Positions 48,961 to 60,100 of a stretch of DNA of 64,000 nt are shown here, in pieces. How positions within the stretch are numbered: the first letter of the stretch is position 1; each line of letters begins with the position of its first letter. This DNA comes from Octopus sinensis (Eukaryota): positions 15,996,001 to 16,060,000 of the forward strand of contig NC_043023.1 in assembly GCF_006345805.1 (NCBI RefSeq). Reading direction: 5' to 3'. Position numbers and translations under genes: made by a program. The notes under the pieces are model-generated. The model saw only the letters and a program-made list of their open reading frames with translations. It was not told the DNA's origin and searched no databases.

Positions 48961-51558
48961 CAACATTGCAAGTCCAATGCCAGACATTATCCTCCTTGGT
49001 GACTTCAACTTCCCTAACATCATCTGGCCACATGGACACATACTAAAACTGGGGACAAAAGCTGAACAAATACAGGCAGCCAAACTGTTGGAAGTCACAG
49101 AGAAATTATACCTCAAACAAATGATGACAGAAGCAACAAGAAATAATAATACGATCGACTTGGTTTTCACCAACAACGAGGACACGCTATTTGACCTTCA
49201 CTCAACCCCAACAATCCTTTCAGACCACAATATTATTGAAATGCATTTACACATTGGTAATGAGCCCAATGCCACAACTCTTAAACAAAAGGACATGCCA
49301 AAGCTATGCAGGTATGATTATCACCAGGCAAATTGGGAAACTATTAACAACCAGTTACAAATCATTGACTGGGATCTCTACCTTACTGGGCCAGATAAAC
49401 ACAAGAAATTCTTAAACAAGATCGAAGAAATATGTGAAAAAAATGTTCCTCTAAAGAAAACCAAGTCCACAAAAAAACCTGTACCACGGGAGCGAAAGAT
49501 CCTGATGCGCAAAAGGTCAAGACTAAGAAACAAAACATCTAAGCTGACATCAAAACATGAATTACAGAAAGTCCTTGACCAAATATACAGATTAGAAGAC
49601 AATCTAAAACAACACTATGATGAAGAACGTAACAATGCAGAAAAGAGAGCCATAGAAAACATCAAGAAAAATCCAAAATGTTTCTACAGTTTTGCAAAGA
49701 AATACTCGAACACCAAGTCAACAATAGGACCTCTCCAGAGACAAAATGGGGATGTAGTGAATAACCCTATTGAAATGGCAGAAATGTTGGGTCAACAGTA
49801 TGAAAGTGTCTTCAGTGAGCCATCTAAAACCATGAAGATCCATGACCCAGGAAAATTCTTCAAGGATATCGACCATACTAAACCTACCCTATCCGACATT
49901 GATTTCAACCCAGAAGACATAGCAAGAGCCATAGACAAGCTCTCCATGCACTCGGCTGCGGGGCCTGACGGTTTCAATGCCATGATACTTAAAAACTGCA
50001 AGGCACAATTGTCGAAACCCCTTTACATGATATGGAGGGAATCTATGGAGAATGGCAAAATACCAAATACATATAAAGAAGCACACATAACTCCAATACA
50101 TAAAGGGGATAGCAAATCAAAACCAAAGAACTACCGACCAATCTCACTGACATCACACATTATCAAGGTCTTCAAAAGAATAGTTCGTGGAAAACTGGTT
50201 GAGTTCCTGGAATCCAACAATCTGATGAATTGCAACCAGCATGGATTCAGGTTAGGTAGATCATGCCTTTCCCAACTACTGGCACACCATGACCAAATCC
50301 TAGAAAATCTAGAGAATGGATACAACACAGATGTTATCTACCTCGACTTTGCCAAGGCATTTGACAAGGTAGATCATGGCATCCTGGGTCACAAACTTCG
50401 AAAGCTAGGAGTAGGAGGAAAGTTGGTACATGGATACACGAGTTCCTTACAAATAGAACTCAAACAGTCACTGTGAATGGAACCCATTCAACACCATCAC
50501 CTGTGACCAGCAGTGTTCCTCAGGGTACAGTACTCGGCCCAATCCTGTTTCTCATCCTCATCTCTGACATAGATGAAGATACAACCAGCAACGTCTCATC
50601 CTTTGCTGATGACACCAGGGTCATGAGACAAATCAAAGACGAGGTGGATACAGAGGCCTTACAAAAGGACCTGACCACCATATATAAATGGCAGGAAACA
50701 AACAACATGTTGTTCAATGATAAGAAGTTTGAACTAATTCGCTACGGAACAGATCAAGATCTGAAAAATACAACAAACTACAGAAACCCATCAGGACAAC
50801 AAATAATGGAAAAACAGTATGTGAAAGATTTAGGCATCCACATGGGAACCAACCTAAAATTCAGAGAACACCTTGACTCAGTCTGTCTTACTGCAAGAAA
50901 GTACAGCGGGTGGATCTTGCGCACCTTCAAATCAAGAGATACCTCAACAATGAAAACCCTCTGGAACAGTATGATACTTCCGAGGATTGACTACTGTTCT
51001 CAGTTGTGGTCACCAACAACAAAGGGCCAACTATCTAAGATAGAATCGCTCCAAAGAAATTTTACCTCATACTTCTCAGAAACGAGGGACCTGGACTATT
51101 GGCAAAGACTCAAAACCTTGAGGATGTACTCAATAGAAAGAAGATTTGAGCGATACCGAATTATATACATTTGGAAAATGATAGAGCAGAAGGTGCCAAA
51201 CTTTGGTATCAAAACCTACCACTCACTGCGCCACGGAAGACGCTGCCAGCTGCCACCAATCAACAAAAAGGCTGGCCAGGCAGCAAAAACCCTGCGAGAA
51301 TCAAGTCTGTTGGTTCGAGGAGCACAACTGTTCAACTCCATTCCGGTACATGTCAGAAATCTATCAGGATGCAGTGTGGAATCATTCAAATTGCAACTGG
51401 ATAGATACTTAAGCACCATTAGAGATGAACCCCATCTCCCAGGATATACACGAGCACAAACTGACTCAAACTCGCTCCTACACATGTCAAAATTAAACAG
51501 AGAATACAACCTGGCAACCACACCAGACTCTGAGGGTGGAGTCTTCGACTTGGCCTGA
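48961..51558 (+). pseudogene. LINE ORF2 (partial APE endonuclease + reverse transcriptase), one frameshift near 50427
   Basis: LLGDFN, IDLVFTN, LSDHNII, NYRPISLTS, QHGFR, YLDFAKAFD, VPQGTVLGP, FADDT, KDLGI. Restoring one G in AAGTTGGTACATGG gives GKLGTWIHEFLTNR. Confidence 0.92.
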
Positions 51559-51602
51559 GCATGGACTCAAAGCCAAATGAAATGAAATGAAATGAAAATG
51601 AA
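48961..51602 (+). mobile_element. 5'-truncated CR1-group LINE, 2.64 kb, (TGAAA)n tail, 5-bp TSD AGATC
   Basis: TSD at 48956-48960 and 51603-51607; ORF2 homology runs throughout. Confidence 0.92.
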
Positions 51603-52021
51603 AGATCAGACTGGGCCTGGTGCAGCCTTCTGGCTTCCCAGACCCCACTTGCACCGTCCAACCCATGCCAGCATGGAAAACGGACGCTAAATGATGATGA
51701 TGATGATGATGATATATATACATACATACACACACACACACATATATATATACATACATACACACACACACATATATATATATATATACATACACACACA
51801 CACATATATACACATACATACACACACATATATATATATACACACACAACATATATATATTCATACATAGACATATCTGAAAAGAAACTGCAATTTTAAG
51901 CAAAACATATTTTAAGCAACACTAATAATAAATAAAAAAACTAAAATAAACACACCTTTGACAGTTTCATAGATATTTCAAAATTACGATGCTAGGTGTT
52001 TCCATTATTTTGTCCAACCCC

Positions 52022-52054
<33 letters not shown>

Positions 52055-52055
<1 letters not shown>

Positions 52056-52348
52056 ACGTGACCGACCAGTCCATCAGATGTAGTTACACATCACTGGTCA
52101 CAATGCGTTCACATTGTTTTAGCCTTCGAATGACGCCACCCCGGTGGCTAAGTGAGCAGGCCGACAGAAGAAAGAGTGAGAGAAAGTTGTGGCGAAAGAG
52201 TACGGCAGGGTTCGCCACCCCCTGCCGGAGCCTCGTGGAGCTTTTAGGTGTTTTCGCTCAATAAACACTCACAACGCCCGGTCTGGGAATCGAAACCGCG
52301 ATCCTACAAGCGTGAGTCCGCTGCCCTAACCACTGGGCCATTGCGCAT

Positions 52349-52350
<2 letters not shown>
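52055..52350 (-). mobile_element. tRNA-derived SINE related to family D (shared head and core, different tail)
   Basis: Shares GAAAGAGTGAGAGAAAGTTGTGGCGAAAGAG and GCCGGAGCC.CGTGGAGC with 33290-33370. Confidence 0.8.
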
Positions 52351-52431
<81 letters not shown>

Positions 52432-52484
52432 CTACTTACCACACAGCCACTCCTACGCCTATATATATATATATATACATATAC

Positions 52485-52543
<59 letters not shown>

Positions 52544-52546
<3 letters not shown>

Positions 52547-52781
52547 AATGAAAGAATGGAGTTGAACAACGATTTAACAAAATTCCTTTATTCTCGACAT
52601 ATGTTTCGAAGGCTGCATATTCCTAATTTCGTAAGAATAAGGGGTGCATTATGCCGCCTTCTCATCAGGAAAAACAAGGAACTTATGTCAGCATCAAGAT
52701 GAACAAAAACTCTTAGATGACTGCCCACACGGAGTCCATAGCGATAATGGACTCCGTGTTCAACTCCATTCTTTCATTTAT
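52544..52781. mobile_element. 238-bp element with 25-bp inverted termini next to (TA)n; Penelope-like pLTR relic
   Basis: ATAAATGAAAGAATGGAGTTGAACA / TGTTCAACTCCATTCTTTCATTTAT; contains a hammerhead motif. Confidence 0.65.
52584..52680 (-). ncRNA. Type I hammerhead ribozyme motif with GUC triplet and palindromic helix III
   Basis: Minus strand: TCCTTGTTTTTC-CTGATGA-GAAGGC...GCCTTC-GAAA-CATATG-TC-GAGAATAAAGGA; helix I pairs at 10 of 12 positions; helix II is 6 bp plus GCATA/TATGC. Confidence 0.85.
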
Positions 52782-52935
52782 TTGTATTAAAAATACACAC
52801 AAATTTCCACACGAAAGCACGTGATCTCTGCCCTTGGCATGTAGCTTCAACCGTGTTTTTTGCTGACGTGAATTTGCTACCCAGGTATCGGTTAACCGAA
52901 TTATCCATACTAGGATAATTCATTCAACTACTTAA

Positions 52936-52987
<52 letters not shown>

Positions 52988-53309
52988 TTCTCAAATTAAA
53001 ATATAGTACCTTTTGAAAACCAAGAGCAATTCTGGAGACGGATGCTTCTGCCATTCAACCTCCAACATTTCATCCTTTTTCCCACTCAGTGAGGTCAGAC
53101 ATCTTAGCTTCATTTATACGATCTGAAAAAGTGACAGAAATAATCGTTAGATCAGGTAAACAAGACCAGGTATAATATGAAAACAAACACTCAAAATGTA
53201 CATATGTGTATATGTATACATACATATACAAATACATATATACATACACATAAATATATACATACATACATGTACACATATACATAGATATATACATACA
53301 TTCTCTCTT

Positions 53310-53590
53310 TTACTTGATTCAGTCATTTGACTGTGGCCATGCTGGAGCACTGCCTTTAGTCGAGCACATCAACACCAGAACTTATTCTTTGTAAGCCCAG
53401 TACTTATTCTATCGGTCTCTTTTGCTGAACCGTTAGGTGACGGCGACGTAAACACACCAGCATTGGTTGTCAAACAATGCTAGGGGGACAAACACAGACA
53501 CACACACGCATATATATATATATACGACGGGCTTCTTTTCAGTTTCCGTCTACCAAATCCACTCACAAGGCTTTGGTCGGCCCGATATAT
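53310..53590 (-). mobile_element. SINE family A, 3' and middle part
   Basis: Homologous to 1367-1680. Confidence 0.8.
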
Positions 53591-53757
53591 ACATTCATAT
53601 ATATATATATATATGCACATACACATATATACAAATATAAATATACATATATATATACACACATACATATATACACATATACCTACATATAAATATAGAT
53701 TATATACATATACATACATACACACATACCTACATATAAAGATATATACACATACAC

Positions 53758-53799
<42 letters not shown>

Positions 53800-53904
53800 G
53801 AGAGAGATCTTCTTTAAGTATTAGAAATAGCTGAAGAAATTTCTTTAGCTGCTATTTCTAATGAGTTCAGTATGTGGCAAAGTAATTTTTATTTACTAAG
53901 CCCT

Positions 53905-53943
<39 letters not shown>

Positions 53944-54218
53944 TATGTGATTAGTTTCCCTGACTATCTCCATAGACGAAAACCTCCCCCATAAAACGCA
54001 AACCGGATCTTTTCGGTTTGAACGGTTCTGTACTTACGCCCACACTCAGGCATTTGTTTTGAACTTTCTGGAAAGCAAAAAATATTTCGGGCCAGTCTTT
54101 CTGTAAAAGCTAAACTATTTTCGTACATTCTTCATTTCACTTCGGTAATTCAATCAATATCGCCGAGTTATTTTAATAGATTCCCTATAGTCATAGATTT
54201 TGTACTTATTTATTAAAT

Positions 54219-54919
54219 ACTAGCAGTATCGCCTGGCGTTGCTCGGGTTTGTAAGGGAAATAACTATATAAGCATTTTTAGAGAGTTATAGCCAAAAAGT
54301 AGCAAAAAAATGCATTAAAATGGAAAAAAATGATGGTAAATTCTTTTTTAAATCGCTGACTCATCGTAGACATTTTTAGAGAGTCACTTCCCTTATATAA
54401 TAGCGAAAAAATGCATTAAAATGGAAAAAAATGATGGTAAATTCTTTTTTAAATCGCTGACTCATCGTAGACATTTTTAGAGAGTCACTTCCCTTATATA
54501 ATAGCGAAAAAATGCATTAAAATGGAAAAAAATGATGGTAAATTCTTTTTTAAATCGTTGACTCATCGTAGACATTTTTAGAGAGTTACTTCCCTTATAT
54601 AATAGCAAAAAATGCATTAAAAAATGGAAAAAAAATTATGGTAAATTTTTTTTAAATCGTTGACTCATCGTAGACATTTGCAGAGAGTTACTTCCCTTAT
54701 ATAATAGCGAAAAAATGTATTAAAATGGAAAAAATGATGGTAAATTATTTTTAAAATCGTAGACTCATCGTAGACGTGCGCTAATACCCAGAAGGGCTCG
54801 ATATGAATCACGACTATAAGATACCCGGTTTTGGTTAAACTGCACCGCAAAATGTGGAAGTAGTTAGGAATCTAAATCGTAGGAGACAGACACACAACTT
54901 CACTTTTATATATAAAGAT
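54219..54919 (+). mobile_element. Helitron-like element with about 4.5 internal 101-bp repeats
   Basis: Same termini as 9050-9564; GATGGTAAA at 54332, 54433 and 54534. Confidence 0.65.
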
Positions 54920-55001
54920 ATTCTTAAACCGAAAGATCTACGTCCCAATTTACAAAATGAAGTCCATTTTCAAACCCGGAAGTAAAATGAGAAGGCCATT
55001 T

Positions 55002-55500
55002 GGATCTTTTCGGTTTGAACGGCAGTTTTTTAAAATAATTTCCACGTAACTAAACACTTTTAAACTTCGTATACTGGTAGAATGTGTTTATAAAACATCT
55101 TTTTCTCTTGGCTTTATTGAGAAAATTCTATAGTTTGTAAGATATTTGTTGTAGTTTTTTTTCCTTCAATTTCTGCAATTTCAACCAATCAATGACGCCT
55201 ATTGAGGTAAAAAAAACATTCTGTGCCGTATCAATATGTCCCTCGTTTAAGAAACAGACTGGGTTTATTTCTCAAGAAAAAAAGATACCCTTTCCCTAAC
55301 CCTAAAACAGATTGAAATGCAATAGATCGATAGTAGGGTCATAATTATGGGTGACAATTTCAACCAATCACTGACGTCTATTGAGGTAAAAAAAAACATT
55401 CAGATTGAAATGCAATAGATCGATACTAGGGTCATAATTATGGGTGACAACTTCATATGACATCGCTAGAAAAAACTGTCGTTCAAATAGAAAAAGATCC
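55002..55500. mobile_element. ~500-bp MITE with ~30-bp TIRs
   Basis: GGATCTTTTCGGTTTGAACGGCAGTTTTT / AAAAACTGTCGTTCAAATAGAAAAAGATCC; partial relatives at 48252-48320 and 54005; no TSD seen. Confidence 0.75.
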
Positions 55501-55628
55501 GATCTCCGTCTCCCTTTTAATAGATAAAATTCATTTTCAAAGCCGGAAGTAGAATGATAAGGCTATTTAAGAACTTCTGAAAGTTGAGCAGAAACGTAGA
55601 GGCCTCGTTATATTGCTTTCAAAAACGT

Positions 55629-56069
55629 TTTGGCGATCTTTCGTCTCTAGTAGACATTTCCGTCGATTTCCGTAAAAAAATTTTTTTTTTTTTTACATAT
55701 GGGCTTGCGGGAACTTTTGAAGTAATGAGAGCGAAAGAGACTAAGAGAAAGCGATTTTATGACGAGGGAAGTTCTTTTGAAGTTACCGTGCATGGGAAGC
55801 ATTGATGTACATGTGTGTGTGGTTTGATGGGTGGGTGGGAGACAGACAGTATGTTGTGTAAGTGAAGTGCTTCTGTTAGTGTTTGTGAAGAGACAGAGAG
55901 AGTCCATGCACGGTAACTTCAAAAGAACTTCCCTCGTCATACAATCGCTTTCTCTTAGTCTCTTTCGCTCTCATCACTTCAAAAGTTCCCGCAAGCCCAT
56001 ATGTAAAAAGAAGAAATTTATTTTACGGAAATCGACGGAAAGGTCTACTAGAGACGAAAGATTGCCAAA
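55629..56069. mobile_element. Foldback element: ~168-bp inverted arms around a ~107-bp spacer
   Basis: TTTGGCGATCTTTCGTCTCTAGTAG...CGTGCATGG is mirrored by CCATGCACG...GAGACGAAAGATTGCCAAA. Confidence 0.85.
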
Positions 56070-56350
56070 TGTAATAATAATCGATGAATGAAATTAAAAA
56101 CAACCAACCTGGTATAAAAAAAAAACGCACACGACGCTGCATTGATGTTGGAAGTTCAATGAATTGAGCTAAAGAGGAGGATCAGATCTTGGAGAAAGTG
56201 GGGCATTGAGTGTATTTGCTGGATTTTCATTCGTCGGTTTAGGTCAGCTGATGAGGATTATAGCCACGTCGGCGTAAATTGGGCGCACCCTTCTCCTTGA
56301 CCTTTTTTCATTCTGTCAGCTAGTGCCATTTAAAATTTCTTATTAAAAAA

Positions 56351-57180
56351 AGGCGGCGAGCTGGCAGAATCGTTTAGCACGCTCCGTTGTCTGTCCTTGT
56401 TTATCCCCTCTGTGTTTAGCCCCTTGTGGGTAGCAAAGAAATGGGTATTTCGTTTGTCGTTACGTTCTCAGTTCAATTCCGCCGAGGTCGACTTTGCCTT
56501 TCATCCTTTCGGTGTCGATAAATAAGTACCAGTTACGCACTGGGTCGATGTATCGACTTAATACCTATGTCTGTCCTTGTTTGTCCGTCTGTGTTTAGCC
56601 CTTTGGGTAGCAAGAAATAGGTATTTCGTTTGTCGTGTTACGTTCTCAGTTCAAATTCCGCCGAGGTCGACTTTGACTTTCATCCTTTAGAGTCGATTAA
56701 ATAAGTACCAGTTATGCACTGAGGTCGATATAATCGCCTTAATCCGTTGTCTGTCCTTGTTTGTGCCCGCTTGGTTTAGCTTAGCCCCTTGTGGGTAGGA
56801 AAGAAGTAAATATTTTTTATTTGAAAAAAAGGCGGCGAACTGGCAGAATCGTTAGCACCGGGGCGAATGCGTAGCTGTATTTTCGTCTGCCGTTACGTTT
56901 GGGTTCAAATTCCGCCGAAGTCGAAATTAAGTGCCAGTTATGCACTGGGCTAGATGTAATCGACTTAATCCCTTTGTCTGTCCTTGTTGTCGCTTCTGTG
57001 TTTAGCCCCTTGTGGGTAGTAAAGGATAGATATTTCGTCAGCAGCGACGTTCAGAGTAAAATTCCGCCGAGGTCCACTTTGCCTTTCATCCTTTCGAGAT
57101 CGATAAATTAAGTACCAGTTACGCACTGGTGTCGATAAAATAGTCTTAATACCTATGTCTGTCCTTGTTTGTCCCCTCTA
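56351..57180 (+). mobile_element. About five decayed tandem SINE family C copies
   Basis: Repeated CCGCCGAGGTCGACTTTG..TTTCATCC and GTCTGTCCTTGTTT; heads at 56351 and 56830. Confidence 0.8.
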
Positions 57181-57188
57181 TGTTAATT

Positions 57189-60100
57189 ATGCTAGAAATA
57201 ACAGCTAAATGGTTTTCAAATTGGATAGGTTCGTTTATGCATTTGTTAATTTCTCCTGAAACAGAGAGCGAAGAAATATCAAGACCGCCAACAGGAAACT
57301 AGATATGCTAGAAATAACAGGTAAATGGTTTTCAAATTGGATAGGTTCGTTTGTGCATTTGTTAATTTCTCCTGAAACAGAGAGCGAAGAAATATCAAGA
57401 CCGCCAACAGGAAACTAGATATGCTAGAAATAACAGGTAAATGGTTTCAAATTGGATAGGTTCGTTGTGCATTTGTTAATTTCTCCTGAAACAGAGAGCG
57501 AAGAAATATCAAGACCGCCAACAGAAAACTAGATATGCTAGAAATAACAGCTAAATGGTTTTCAAATTGGATAGGTTCGTTTGTGCATTTGTTAATTTCT
57601 CCTGAAACAGAGAGCGAAGAAATATCAAGACCGCCAACAGGAAACTAGATATGCTAGAAATAACAGGTAAATGGTTTTCAAATTGGATAGGTTCGTTTGT
57701 GCATTTGTTAATTTCTCCTGAAACAGAGAGCGAAGAAATATCAAGACCGCCAACAGGAAACTAGATATGCTAGAAATAACAGGTAAATGGTTTTCAAATT
57801 GGATAGGTTCGTTTGTGCATTTGTTAATTTCTCCTGAAACAGAGAGCGAAGAAATATCAAGACCGCCAACAGGAAACTAGATATGCTAGAAATAACAGCT
57901 AAATGGTTTTCAAATTGGATAGGTTCGTTTGTGCATTTGTTAATTTCTCCTGAAACAGAGAGCGAAGAAATATCAAGACCCCAACAGGAAACTAGATATG
58001 CTAGAAATAACAGCTAAATGGTTTTCAAATTGGATAGGTTCGTTTGTGCATTTGTTAATTTCTCCTGAAACAGAGAGCGAAGAAATATCAAGACCGCCAA
58101 CAGGAAACTAGATATGCTAGAAATAACAGCTAAATGGTTTTCAAATTGGATAGGTTCGTTTGTGCATTTGTTAATTTCTCCTGAAACATTTCTCCTGAGA
58201 GCGAAGAAATATCAAGACCGCCAACAGGAAACTAGATATGCTAGAAATAACAGCTAAATGGTTTTCAAATTGGATAGGTTCGTTTGTGCATTTGTTAATT
58301 TCTCCTGAAACAGAGAGCGAAGAAATATCAAGACCCCCAACAGGAAACTAGATATGCTAGAAATAACAGCTAAATGGTTTTCAATTGGATAGGTTCGTTT
58401 GTGCATTTGTTAATTTCTCCTGAAACAGAGAGCGAAGAAATATCAAGACCGCCAACAGGAAACTAGATATGCTAGAAATAACAGCTAAATGGTTTTCAAA
58501 TTGGATAGGTTCGTTTGTGCATTTGTTAATTTCTCCTGAAACAGAGAGCGAAGAAATATCAAGACCGCCAACAGGAAACTAGATATGCTAGAAATAACAG
58601 CTAAATGGTTTTCAAATTGGATAGGTTCGTTTGTGCATTTGTTAATTTCTCCTGAAACAGAGAGCGAAGAATATCAAGACCGCCAACAGGAAACTAGATA
58701 TGCTAGAAATAACAGCTAAATGGTTTTCAAATTGGATAGGTTCGTTTATGCATTTGTTTATTTCTCCTGAAACAGAGAGCGAAGAAATATCAAGACCGCC
58801 AACAGGAAACTAGATATGCTAGAAATAACAGCTAAATGGTTTTCAAATTGGATAGGTTCGTGTGTGCATTTGTTTATTTCTCCTGAAACAGAGAGCGAAG
58901 AAATATCAAGACCGCCAACAGGAAACTAGATATGCTAGAAATAACAGCTAAATGGTTTTCAAATTGGATAGGTTCGTTTGTGCATTTGTTTATTTCTCCT
59001 GAAACAGAGAGCGAAGAAATATCAAGACCGCCAACAGGAAACTAGATATGCTAGAAATAACAGCTAAATGGTTTTCAAATTGGATAGGTTCGTTTATGCA
59101 TTTGTTTATTTCTCCTGAAACAGAGAGCGAAGAAATATCAAGACCGCCAACAGGAAACTAGATATGCTAGAAATAACAGCAAATGGTTTTCAAATTGGAT
59201 AGGTTCGTTTGTGCATTTGTTAATTTCTCCTGAAACAGAGAGCGAAGAAATATCAAGACCGCCAACAGGAAACTAGATATGCTAGAAATAACAGCTAAAT
59301 GGTTTTCAAATTGGATAGGTTCGTTTATGCATTTGTTTATTTCTCCTGAAACAGAGAGCGAAGAAATATCAAGACCCCCAACAGGAAACTAGATATGCTA
59401 GAAATAACAGCTAAATGGTTTTCAAATTGGATAGGTTCGTTTGTGCATTTGTTAATTTCTCCTGAAACAGAGAGCGAAGAAATATCAAGACCGCCAACAG
59501 GAAACTAGATATGCTAGAAATAACAGCTAAATGGTTTTCAAATTGGATAGGTTCGTTTGTGCATTTGTTTATTTCTCCTGAAACAGAGAGCGAAGAAATA
59601 TCAAGACCGCCAACAGGAAACTAGATATGCTAGAAATAACAGCTAAATGGTTTTCAAATTGGATAGGTTCGTTTATGCATTTTTTATTTCTCCTGAAACA
59701 GAGAGCGAAGAAATATCAAGACCGCCAACAGGAAACTAGATATGCTAGAAATAACAGCTAAATGGTTTTCAAATTGGATAGGTTCGTTTATGCATTTGTT
59801 AATTTCTCCTGAAACAGAGAGCGAAGAAATATCAAGACCGCCAACAGGAAACTAGATATGCTAGAAATAACAGCTAAATGGTTTTCAAATTGGATAGGTT
59901 CGTTTGTGCATTTGTTTATTTCTCCTGAAACAGAGAGCGAAGAAATATCAAGACCGCCAACAGGAAACTAGATATGCTAGAAATAACAGCTAAATGGTTT
60001 TCAAATTGGATAGGTTCGTTTATGCATTTGTTTATTTCTCCTGAAACAGAGAGCGAAGAAATATCAAGACCGCCAACAGGAAACTAGATATGCTAGAAAT

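Larger units (their letters stand above)
48754..51712 (+). mobile_element. Family B element split by the LINE (48754-48960 and 51603-51712)
   Basis: ...GCCAGATC | LINE | AGATCAGACTGGG...(GAT)n; intact copies read GCCAGATCAGACTGG. Confidence 0.9.

Noticed and set aside
56248-56254. CTGATGA core
   Set aside because: No closing helix II or GAAA follows. The same applies to 48440 (SINE body), 50546 (RT FADD codons), 4330 and 18492.
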